In this document: positions 23,714-34,836 of the stretch, one piece after another
Numbering within the stretch: position 1 is the first letter of the stretch
Layout of the letters: each line of letters opens with the position of its first letter
NCBI GenBank assembly: GCA_020536535.1
Contig: JAHLWZ010000974.1
Location: forward strand, 1 to 35,058
Direction: 5' to 3'
DNA from: Pelomyxa schiedti
Lineage: Eukaryota > Protista > Evosea
DNA length: 35,058 bases
Program-made: the position numbers and the translations under genes
The notes under the pieces: model-generated
Database searches by the model: none
What the model was told of the DNA's origin: nothing
Seen by the model: the letters and a program-made list of their open reading frames with translations, nothing else

Positions 23714-23771
23714 TGCTTTTCGTTTCTGAATCAACGTTTTTTTTCCCCATCCGGTTGTGGGCTTGTCGACC
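23714..23771. promoter_or_regulatory. Putative ultra-compact bidirectional promoter / overlapping 5' UTRs (58 bp between divergent ATGs)
   Basis: Nudix ATG on the minus strand at 23711-23713 and GTPase ATG on the plus strand at 23772-23774. Function inferred from position only. Confidence 0.55.
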
Positions 23772-26700
23772 ATGGCCAACTACGAAACGGCTCGGGCGGC
23801 ACTCACACGAGCGCTGATCGATGTCGAACCACTCGATGACTTGTACTTCGATTTGGGTCAGCCTCTGTCCGACAATTTCATGCTTCAACTCGCCGACAAT
23901 CGCGAGTTCATGGACCCTTCGTACTACTACACCGTATGCGACGTGGTGAAGCGTTGCCTTTTCGAAACGCAAGAAATCCAGTTGAGTCCGAAGTTGTCAG
24001 GTTCCTGGTCCACGGCAAATACCAAATACGATCGTTCTAAAATGAAACAGAAATTGGGATGAGTGGTGCCTCGGATTCGTTGTGCCGAGCACTGATGACA
24101 CTGGGAAAGCCCCTCACGGTGGCGGCTCTGAGGGAGGTTCTTTCTCTGCCTGAAATTCCACCTCCACTTTTACATATTTTCAACTCCAAAAAAGGATGGC
24201 TACCGAAGCTTCAGCGAAGATTGGTTCCCATGACTGACCCCGGGGGAACTCCGTCATCCAGCATCGAGTCATTTCCAGGGAAGCTGACCGAGGCAGGATT
24301 CCAGGATTTGGAAGACCTCGTTGGTTTGGATTCTGGTGACTTTCGAACACTCACCGAGGCACTGAGAATTCCAAGGGTATCTGCGAACAAACTGCTGCAG
24401 AAAGCCAAGGACCTCGTTGGAAATGGAAAAAAACCGCTGTGCCTCACACTGGAACACGCAACCGGGATCCACAGCTTGATCACCACCGTCAAAGAGGCAC
24501 ACAATGGAAACACAGTGAACAAGGTCACCCTTGTCACACAGAAGGTTGTGACTCTGATCAACCTGATTTGTAAGGGCAGCTGTTCACCCAGTGGTGACAG
24601 CATTGCCTTTGACAAACTCGATGACTGTTTTGACTTTGTCACCATCGGGCTTTTTGGTGACCTCACATTGATCACCAAGTTCCTGGTGCGAATTGGTGCT
24701 TTTCCTCCAGACAAAGAACTGCCTGAGAATAGGGGCCAGGCAGAGATACACGCCTTCATCACCCAATTTGAGGAATGTTCTGAAATGAGAGGAAAGTCGG
24801 TGATGATCCTTGTCTTTGCTCCAGGGAGCACAAGCTTTTCCAACGTTCAGGAGTCTGACCCGGCATGCCTCTCTCTGCGACTTCTTTACAGCCTCTGTGA
24901 CAGGATTTTCATGTGCTTGTCTGAGGTAATGCTCAGCGAAATTCAACAAAGAAGAGGAGAGGCCGAAACAACAAGGGCTGTTAAAGGTGAGGTCGAGAAG
25001 AGGGCAATCAAAAAAGACAGGTGTGAGTTCCGGAAAGGCTTTGCTCAGAACATTACCCTCCCACCATCAGATTCACCTTGGACAATGATCCAAGGTGAAA
25101 ACAGGGTTGGTTTTGTCTATTGGGAGGAAACCAATGAAAGCACATTGCCCTCCCCACTCAGAGGCCAGATTCCAGCTTATTGCTTTTCCTCACACTTCAA
25201 GGATTTGTTGGAGGGGAGGGAGCTGTGCACTGATACCCTCCCTTATCGCAACAGGTTGGCACTCCTTCAGTTGCTGAATCCCACTGCTGCCCAAGCCCTT
25301 GAAGATGGAAGCAAGGGGCCGATCAAGAATCTTCAGAGGGTCGCAAAGGATCAAATGAAACTGATACTCATGAGATACTTCAGGCACGAGTGGGACCTGT
25401 TGCAACTTGAGGCACCTTGTTCCCCAAGCGATTGTTGTGCTGACCTGGACACATCCAGGCTGAGAGATAACATCAATACATGCCTTTCCAAGACAACGTC
25501 TGTTGTAGTTCTCTTTGAGGAGTTTTGCCCCAAAAAAACTGAAAGTCAACTGAGTGATTTCTTGAGTCTCACAGAACATGAAATGAAACAAAGAATCACT
25601 CAATCTGTGAGTGACCCACCAAGACCCCACATTCCACTTTCCTCTGTTTCATCCTTGGGGTTTGACCCACATTTCATTTCTGAAATCACTTCCATGTTGA
25701 AAAAGAAGTTTATATCTCAGTGTGAAGCGCTCATTACAGAAATTGAAGATATGGTGTGGTGCAACCCTGATGAATTTTGCAGTGGGTCACCATTTTCTTT
25801 GGAGCTTGACATCGCGATTCGCAAAGAGACCCCACACACAAAACCGGAAAAAGCGATCCTGACAATGTTAGACGTTGGGGACAAGGCAAACCCACAATTC
25901 ACCCTGATCATGGAGATGTCTGGAAAAGTTCCACGGCACTTGAAGTTCACAGTTGTGGAACTGAGTTTGAAGACGACTGATGTACGTTCTTATTTCGCTC
26001 CCGCACCTCCCTTATGTTTTTGTTTGGACCTGGCGGCTGTTTTTGGTTGTTTCCTCTTGCCTGAAGGCAAGGTGATGGTTTTTGGTGTTGACACTGCCGA
26101 CCCTTCAAATTACCTCATCTGCATACACCAAGAGAGCACACGCTCCCTCAGTTCGAAACTGCCAAATCAAGGTTGCATTTCCCATGTCAACTTTTGTGCA
26201 GCAACGAGAATGCTGGTGATGTGTTACTCATCGCCCGACTACAGTGTCTGTGCTTTGAAATTCAACGGCTCGTATTCGAAGTATGACAGCCTGGGTAATT
26301 TCTCAATTGTTGATGATGCCGCTCTTGCGAGTGTGAATGGAATTTTCCCGGTTCCAGAAGGGCAAAAGGTTGTGGTCACATTCCAAACAGTGGCCAAGCT
26401 CTTTGACTTCGAGCACAGAACCATTTCCAGGATGCCACAATTTGATGGACCTGCACTTTTCCTCGGTCCGGAATTCTTCGTCACTGTGAAACCATCACCT
26501 GAGGGGGAATCGTGCGTTGTTTCTGTGAGGAGTTGCCTGCCACCCTACGATGTTCAGCACTGGGAAACAAACCTCCTGAACCCACACCTGTTGCCATCAA
26601 CACTTCTGGCAAATTTTCAGGTTGGTGGTGGGGACGGGGCACCACCAGATTTGCAGCTGGTACAGTTCAACCCCACCTCCCGTCACGTTTCCACAGTGGT

Positions 26701-29700
26701 CTTGCGTGCTTCGATGAAGCAGCCAAAATTCTCGCTGCAGATGACCTCACAACCAAGTTGCCCTTCCTGCCTGCCCGATTACGTGCCTCTTATGTTAAGC
26801 AAGTTCCCAATCACAGCCGTTTGTGATATTGCATCGGAAGCGAAAACACACAAGTTGACAGTCATTGTCCCATCAGCAACACCCGAAGCAAAGAGACTGG
26901 TCTCCATGCGTTTCGGGGAATACAGAGAGAAGTTTGTTGGTCTTTTCGAAACACCTGGCACAGCTGACAAGTTCTTCACGGAACCTGTGACTTGCATAGA
27001 GCAAGGATGGATTGAGACGGAACCACTCCAACCAACAGGGTTTGGAACGTGGCTGAAAACACTCATTTCACTCGTTCCCGTCCAAATCGCCCGTGTTGAC
27101 AACAACTGTTTGGTGTTGTGCAACAACAAGAGTTCTTCACAGGGAAAAGATATGATTCAATTCGCACAAACCCAGCACAGTGTTGCAGAGGGAATTTCGT
27201 TTGGACTCCTCGACGCGATTTTCTCGTCATGCTTCAACAAACCAGTTCTTGTTGTCACATCGATGGGAAAACAGAGCACAGGGAAGAGTTACACTCTCAA
27301 CCACCTCTTGGGTGTTCTCTTTGACATCTCTGGTGGGAGGTGCACTGATGGTTGTTGGATGAGTGTTCGCGAGTATTCGGATTGCTTGATTGTGGCTTTG
27401 GATTTTGAAGAACTTTGCTCTCCAGAGCGTTCCGAACAGGAAGACATTCTCCTTTCTGTGTTGAACGCATCAGTTTCTAACTTGACACTTTTCAAGACTG
27501 AATTTACAATTGATCGAGAGACAGAAAGAATGTTCAGGAACTTCCAGGAAGGGGTTGGAATGCTGAAAGGGGATGACAAACTCTTCAAGGGTTGTTTCAC
27601 TCTCATGGTAAAAGATGTTTCTGAAAGGGACATTGAAAGCTTATTCTCAGAATTCAAGACCAAGTTTTTTAATATTGTGGAAACAAACCAGGGACAAAAC
27701 TTCTTTTCTCAAATGTTTCCAGGGGAATTCACAATGATTATGTGTTCCCCACTTGGAACATCTGGCTATACTGAGAGTTTGCGGGGCTGTGCCGAAATAC
27801 TTCAGAAGCAAACACCACAGTTCCACAGTGGAGGAGAGTTCTCCTCGATGCTCAAACTGATTCTCGCGAAGTTGCACTTGAAAGACTGGTCTTCCCTCTT
27901 GGGAAAAGACATGGTGATTGTGGTTCGAATGCTCCAAGAACAGCTCCCTTGGGCAGTTGCTTTCGGGAGAAAGTCAGCAGCCATTGGCCACCAGGGGCAA
28001 CTGGTGAATTTGTCAACAGGGGAAGTTGTTTCCCGCTCGGAATCAGTCACAGTCTCTGGCCTAAGCATTCCCATTCCGAACTTCAATCTGCAAGCAGACC
28101 ACGAGGCAGATTTCACCAGGATAAGAGACGAGTTCAAGTCTTGCTTTCAGCAAAATCTTTCAACACCAGCGAAGCAGGCCGACTTCAAATCATGGCACAG
28201 ACAATTCAGGAGTTTTGTGCACCAAGTCATTGAGAGCAGGAAGAGGCATGTGAGAGATTGGGTCTGTTCAAATACGAACAAGTCCCCTTGTTCTCAGCAC
28301 GATTTCCCCACAGAAGTTTCCCCTGCCTCTGGTACCCCACCTCAGAGTGAATACCCTGAAGTCAAAGAATTTTGGAAGACAGTAGACTCCTCGTTGCGGC
28401 AACTGGATGCACTCGAGGTTTGTTCAGACACGTGCACTCGGTGTCGGTTGCCGTGTTTACTTCTGTCTGGGCATTCAGCACAACACAATTGCAATGGATC
28501 TCACAAGTGCGAAGCAGAGTGCACTTATTGCAGGTCCGCGGGCAGATGCGCGTATCAGGCTGGTCATGAAGGTGATCACGACTGCACAAGAGGTCACAAA
28601 TGCAGCAAGGAGTGCACTCTCTCGAGCAAAACACGTTGCAACAAATTCTGCTCTCTTGTGGTCAATCATGCTGGTCCGTGCATGTGCAATTCGCAGCAAC
28701 ACCTGTGTGGTGAGGCATGTTCTTCTCGGGGACCAAAAGAACCCTGTGGCAAGCCGTGCACGCTCCCTGGCGGTGATCATCAACAACATCACTGTGGATG
28801 GAGGCACTGCCTTCACAGTTGCAGCTTCCCAAAGTGTACAAATCAGTGTGCTTCGGAAGACCATTTTCATGGAGACGATTCCTCGGCTTCCTCCTTCCTG
28901 CACGCGTGTGGCAAAGAGCACGCGTGTCCGGCAGAGTGCAAGATGCCTGGCTGGTGCCTTGTTGAATATATTCAGAAGGTGGAAAGGTTTTCATACAATG
29001 GCCGAAGGCAAAATTTTGTTTACGAGAGATCCACTGTTCCAGAACCAAGAAAGCTCCTTTGCTGCAAAAGGGTGCCACCAGGGCAGCAATTCCATGAGGG
29101 CTCTCACTCTTGCACTTATCCACAATCTGACCATTGTTGCGAAAGCTCATGCCCAACATGTGGTTATATTTGTGAATTACCTTTCGGACACCCTGGCAAG
29201 CATGCAGCGGCACACGGAAACATGATCAAAACACAATTTGTTTCCAGTGGCAAAGACATTAACGTTGATGGGCGTTTGTATGAAGCTGGTGAGCCAGGGG
29301 TGGCCGAACTCTGCAACTTGTTCTGCAACAAACTTGGCAGGCACATTCACATCCTCCCGTGCACGGCGGGTGGCAATGCACCCTGTACTCGCACTGGAGA
29401 AGGAGGCATAAGGCACGCCACCGCTACGTACTTGCCGAATCCAGATACTCCAAAGGATGAGCTGACACACGAAGGGTACTGGAATGCAATTAACTTCCGT
29501 GATCCTTGCACGCCCGAACACAGGGAGGTTTTCAAATTGTGCAACTTCCAGTGTACCGACAATTCTCACTCGAATGCCCGGTGCCGGTGCATGCTTCCTC
29601 TTTGGCATGCACCTTGTGCCTTACAAGCCAACGAACAGCAACAGTTTGCAGGTGAAAAAGTTGGATACGCCACATCAGATGGACACATATTCCCCAAAAA

Positions 29701-30549
29701 GCATGGTCCCCCGGAAAACATTCACATCGTTTTCTGCCTCGACATCTCCACATCCATGTTGAGACGCAACAGGTGGGAAACTCTTAAGAGAGGTGTTGAA
29801 CATTTCATTTATTCCAGAAGCAAACCAGACGATGTTTACAGCATTGTTCTGTTCCACAGTAACGGATTTCTCGTATGTGACAGGGGGTCACCTACTGCGG
29901 TCCGATATTACCTGGATAGGAAACCTAAATCTGCGCAACACAGGAAGTTTTCAAGCGGTCTATCAGTCGCGTATCGAAAGTTGATGGATACTAACTGGTG
30001 CGTTTTTGACGGCTTTCTTTCTCTTTTGCCGTTGTGTGTTGCCCACCAAAAACAAAAAGGTTGGAGTACCGGGCTGCTCTCATATTTATGTCCTGTGGAG
30101 AGGATGAGAACTCAGAATGGGAAACCTGGATGCTGAACATCAAGCACCTCGCACAGGCAAAACCGGTTTCAACTTTCGTGATTGGAATCGGTGATGGCTT
30201 CAATGTCAAAAAGCTTCGAAGTGTTGCCGAAACCGGGGACGCCCATTTCCTCACAGTCAACGCTGTGTGTGAAAATCTGGCCTCAGTGTTAAACAGAATA
30301 GACGCCGAGGCGCAACTGGTGGCTCTGGTGCCCATCCCCCCCACTGCACAACAGCTCAGTGTTGTCCAAACTGAAGCCGCCGTATGTGCCTATCAGCCAA
30401 AGGTGTGGCGAAGCGTAGACTCCAAGGCTGGGAAACAAGGGACTCCATGGGCATTACATTCACAATTTTATGTGGAGATAGACAAGAACGAATTCAGCTC
30501 TCGTTTGCTCTATAATACGGCGAGGGTTACAACACCAAAAAGCTGCTGA
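23772..30549 (+). CDS. Giant (~2221 aa) GBP/VLIG-type large GTPase with N-terminal SAM-like segment, Cys/His-rich repeat array and C-terminal VWA domain; exons 23772-24000, 24051-29997, 30060-30549
   Basis: Two GT-AG introns join three ORFs in frame (total 6666 nt). G1 MGKQSTGKS (27263-27289), G2 RCTDGCWM, G3 DFEE (27401-27412), ERSEQED, G4-like VKDV. C-x3-C/H-x-C array at ~28420-29620. VWA HIVFCLDISTS (DISTS at 29741-29755), VYSIVLF, LIFMSCG, FVIGIG. The 3' end is uncertain. Confidence 0.85.
24001..24050 (+). other. Intron 1 of the giant GTPase gene (50 nt)
   Basis: CAG|GTTCCT...TTCTAA...ACAG|AA. Splicing gives PKLS-E-IGMSGASD, in frame with the 2025-aa ORF. Confidence 0.8.
29998..30059 (+). 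other. Intron 2 of the giant GTPase gene (62 nt), within the VWA domain
   Basis: TG|GTGCGT...AAAG|G. Splicing gives DTNW-LEYRAALIFMSCG and completes the VWA fold. Confidence 0.85.
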
Positions 30550-30753
30550 AACCACAGTGTTGTGAGTAGTAGAGTCAGCGTTTTTTGTTGCATCATTCCT
30601 GCTGGCCCACCTTAACTTCCAAAGATGGGGCGGGACTACTTATTGACTGCACCCAAAACCAGTACTGGGAGGGATGTGAAGGTGATTTTGTTAAAATGAG
30701 CAGAGATGGGTGAATAAAATAAATACGACTTCTCTTACATTCCGGTTTTTGTT

Positions 30754-32484
30754 TCAGAAGGTATAAACCCAAGTATAGGCTTTCAGGGAGGAGCTAGAGG
30801 GGCTTCCTATGACTGTTCCACCTTCTTCCATCATACATTTAATGCCTGCAGCATCAACGCTATCACCATTTCGCCACTGGAATACAAACCCCTCGTTGAA
30901 TTGAAGGGGATCCATGTGGTGGAACCTGTTGGTTGGTTATTATGGAGACCAATGATGGCCTGCATCTTACCGGTACCCTGACCACTCAATATGGGTTATG
31001 GTGGAATCATAATGAGTGTAGCCGGAAACAGGCATGTGGAATTCACCAGCATCGAAATACCAGCCACTGTCTACCATTTCATTTCATTGGGAATTAGTAT
31101 GGGAGAAGAGATAACCATAGTAATCCTCAGTTCCAGTGGATAGAACTGTCCCAGGGAATTCTTGTGCGCCGGTGTACATGTGATAGCACCCCTCCAAGAA
31201 ATTGAGATTGTCTGTTTCAACCTGCAGAGTATGCATAAACATCACACCGGAACCAGTGCTGATGTTAACGAAGTTGACGTATTCAAGTGGAGCAACTTCC
31301 TCTAAATTGGTTCAGTGAGGCATAGGGAGATTGGAGAAAGTACTGTCAAAAGTGAATAAGTGCAGTTTGGCAGTAACAGGTAGAGTCAAATAGCCGATTT
31401 TCAGGGGGACATCTAAAGAAAGAGTGAGTTTCAATTTAATAATGCCGGATCCTACTTGTTGCCCCCCTTATTATCATGTAAAAACTACTCTGGATACAAT
31501 TACCAAAATAACTCATGAAAGGAAAGAAATACGAAGTTTGGGATGCCCGTGTGCTGCGCAGTCACAATAATGCTCTTCTGGAAAGGAATCAAAAAGTTAT
31601 TGAACCATGAGCCATATTTAGCTCCTCGCCCTAGCCAATGCGTGCCCCATGGAGCTTGCTAAAACTGCCGTGAGCTGTGCGGAACTATTCAGAAATCTTA
31701 CATGGTCATCAAATCCAACACCACATGCCAGAGATGGCTCATACTCAATAGAGGCTTCAGACTCCCCATCCACATAGTATCTTATTAGAATCCCTCTATC
31801 ATATTCCGTAGGGATAGTCATCCAAAAATGTGTTATCACTCCCTGTTTTCCTCATTATCAACCAAGCATATTTTGGGATAGTTACGTAATCTCCATCAGC
31901 AGCAATATGCTGGAAGACAATTTGTTCGGATGTACTAATGGGCGCACTCGAAAGCCCAAACCCAAAGGTGAGGTCGGAGTGCGAGGGAGAATCACAGTAG
32001 CATAAACGTGAAACACTTGAATCAGAGTGGCCACATAAAACTCCGCCTGGAACATCAATGTATCCTATTTATAGGATTTGAAAAGGGTTATATTAGATAG
32101 AAGCTGGCAAAGGGTACCAATGCATTGCTTATATTCGAGGCTCTTGGAATCAGAAACAAAAGCTGGCTCATAGTGGTACCTCCAGGCTCGGCTATTAGCA
32201 GTGCATGATACCCCAAGTTGCTGAAAAATAGTGGCTGAATCATTGGTCACAACATGCTTGTGTTAGACGCGTTAGGTTGCAAGTCCAAGCCATAATAACA
32301 TGGTGATTGTGAAATGAATGATACAGCCTATTGTTTTTGCTAAACAACGCACAGGGTTGCAATTGAGACCTCTGGAGTGACAGGCTGAGGAACATGATTC
32401 ACCCTGATTGCCCATGTAGAAACTCCCTCCCATAACCGTGACTGCTGCACCCAACAAAGCCAAGCACGTCGCTATAACCGACAT
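30754..32484 (-). CDS. Secreted protein with N-terminal Cys-rich module and DUF2961 / GH172-like glycoside hydrolase domain
   Basis: Signal peptide MSVIATCLALLGAAVTVMG. Cys module GESCSSACHSRGLNC...RLCYC. Family motifs GVITHFWMT, IRYYVDGESEASI, NNFLIPFQKSIIVT, NFLEG, STGTEDY, YRFHHMDPLQF. Multiple short introns. Confidence 0.82.
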
Positions 32485-33127
32485 CTTTTCGTTTCGCGGT
32501 TTTAGATTTAGTAGGAAGAATCTGGTTTCCAAAAGAGCCCTTTATTATGTCGGGGAAGTGATCCTGCATTTGATTGAAGGATGACACGATTCATGCGTAC
32601 ATCACAATGAAGGCCTGATAGCCTGACTCAATGCAGAAGTTAACTTAAGGAAGAACCGAAATACAGGTCTCTCATAGTATTCCATGTGCTTTGCTGTATC
32701 ACACATTCGTAAGAATGAAAACCATCCAGTGGAAAGAAATGTCCTAACACAGTAGCAGTTTGGGTCCGGTATCTCCCTAATGAAGATTGTTTGGGAGGGG
32801 CAATATAAACAGAGCAAGCATCACATGACATGTCAAAATGCTGATTTTCCACCCCCAAAATACTTAGTTTTTGTTATTTCAATGGTTGTGTGTACCAGAG
32901 TTGATAAGCTAAAATGAAACTGACGGGGGGTGTTGCTGGGTGCTGCACCCAGTCTCTCCTAATCAACACAATGTTCAAAAAAAACTGAGAACCGAAAAAA
33001 GTATTTTCAAACTCACTTTGTAGAGAATTCAGTGCAGAGGCAGAGTCAAAATTGGGTGATGAATTGATACAACTATCAGTGACTGACTGGTGTATGGCTG
33101 GGGAAATGCACATGCCATATACTATGA

Positions 33128-34836
33128 CTATAGGTTGTTGTTGCTTGAAGGTTGGGGTGATTGCAACACTTTGGGACTGTTTGTAATTGTTGCTGCTGCG
33201 GCAATTGGTCTTTGGAGTTGTGTTGTTGATTTGGATCTAATGTGGTGCTGTTGCAGGTGTATATTTTGATGCGGGGGTGCTATGCTTTTTGGTTGGTGTG
33301 GGCTATCTTGTGTTGATGTTGATGTTGCTGCTGTTGGTGTTGGTGTTGGTGCCGTTGGAGGGGGAGTTGGGGTGGGAGTCACACCTCGCGCTTCTCTCAC
33401 TCGGGTGACTTGACGCATTAGTGAGTCCCACTTTTTGTCAGACTCTATAATCTTCTGCTCTTGGTCCTTGCATTTTTGTTGTAATTCTTGTATCTGCTTT
33501 TGTTGCATGTCTATAATTTGGAGGGCTTCTTCTAGGGTCCGGGGTGAAGTTTGAGGATCGAGTTTACATGATTGTTCTGAAGGTTGTGGAGGGTATATAG
33601 GTCGGGGTTTGGTGGGCATTTCTTGTGAAACAGCTGGCTCCGCTGTTTTCCGGTTTTTGTCCTGGATAAAACATGAATGAAAAACAGACATAGGGAAAAT
33701 ATACTATTGCCGGTTCTTGTGACACAGTGGGCTTTGTTATTTGTGTCTGTGGTGGGGATGCTGTCCTATTTACAGATAAAAAGTTCGATTGAAGGTTTGG
33801 TGGATATTGTCCATGAAGAATGACACGTGGTTGTGGTTGTTCTTGTGGCAAATCTGGAGAATCAGGTAACTTTTGAAGCATAGTTTCAAAGTTTTGCCAG
33901 AAATCTCCATTTGTATTAGCAGAGGGCCGTGAGGCCTGTTGGTGGGGCATAGCTGGCACCCCAGAGTTCGTCCAAGGTAAGAGATGTGCTTGTGTTTGCT
34001 GAGTGGTACTCCTCACCACTGAGCCCTGCATATCCAAATTAGCCACACTTGTAGTGAAGTGATCAAGAGCGTTATCATCCTGCTTATGAGCATTGCTTGA
34101 CTTGATTAAAAATAATGCCTATGAAGAGCACTTGAATGAGTTGAGAAAGAATATTTATCCTACCTGCCTCTCAGAGAACTCCCGAATGTGGTCGAGAGCA
34201 GCTAGAGCCACGTCAGTATCGGTTCTGGTCTGTCTGAACATTGGTCTTCGCCGCGGTAATGAAGCTGGTCGATTTGGCTGGGGTTGGGCTGTCAAATAAG
34301 CGCTCTCTGAACGGACGATGTTTGGGTCAACAGACACATTTCCTCTCGACCCTTTGTCCATAAAATACACAGCAGTCCTGTACTGTGGGTCGGAGCAAAG
34401 TGCATCATACACACAACTAAAACTACGTGATGCAGCATGAAATAGCTCACCAGCAGTTTCCAATTTTCCTTCTGCTCTATGATTGTTTTCCCCACCCAAA
34501 CAACCAACCAACCAACCAAGCAAAGTAATAAGATTGAGAAATAGGAGGAATATACACTAGCAAACACTAAAAATACAAGTGGAAAACCAAAACAAAAACA
34601 GAAAAACAAAAAAGAAAGAACACACACAGGGCGGTCTCAGCGTCGTCATAGTACTCCAATCCCAGAAGGGTCGACTCTGGCGCCTCCTGCTGTGCAATTT
34701 CGTTCATCGTGTCGCCGTCGTCGTTTCTCTTGCTGCCTTTCACCGTCGCAAATTGCTCTCCCACAAGTTCCTTCATCGATAGAATGTCGCCCACGGACAT
34801 GGAGCTGGTCGGCGAGCCCTCTGGTGTCACCAACAT
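33128..34836 (-). CDS. Uncharacterised multi-exon protein: helical N-terminal region, Pro/Gln/Thr-rich middle and C-terminal coiled coil
   Basis: Four or five co-oriented ORF segments separated by T-rich GT-AG introns. Coiled-coil-like TLEEALQIIDMQQKQIQELQQKCKDQEQKI. No family recognised. Confidence 0.65.

Noticed and set aside
24059-24062. ATGA stop/start overlap between the 101-aa ORF and the 2025-aa ORF, resembling bacterial translational coupling or a frameshift
   Set aside because: A canonical 50-nt GT-AG intron (24001-24050) with a branch-like CTAA joins the two ORFs in frame.
30034-30549. Separate 171-aa gene overlapping the end of the giant ORF
   Set aside because: It is the second half of the VWA domain, joined by intron 29998-30059.
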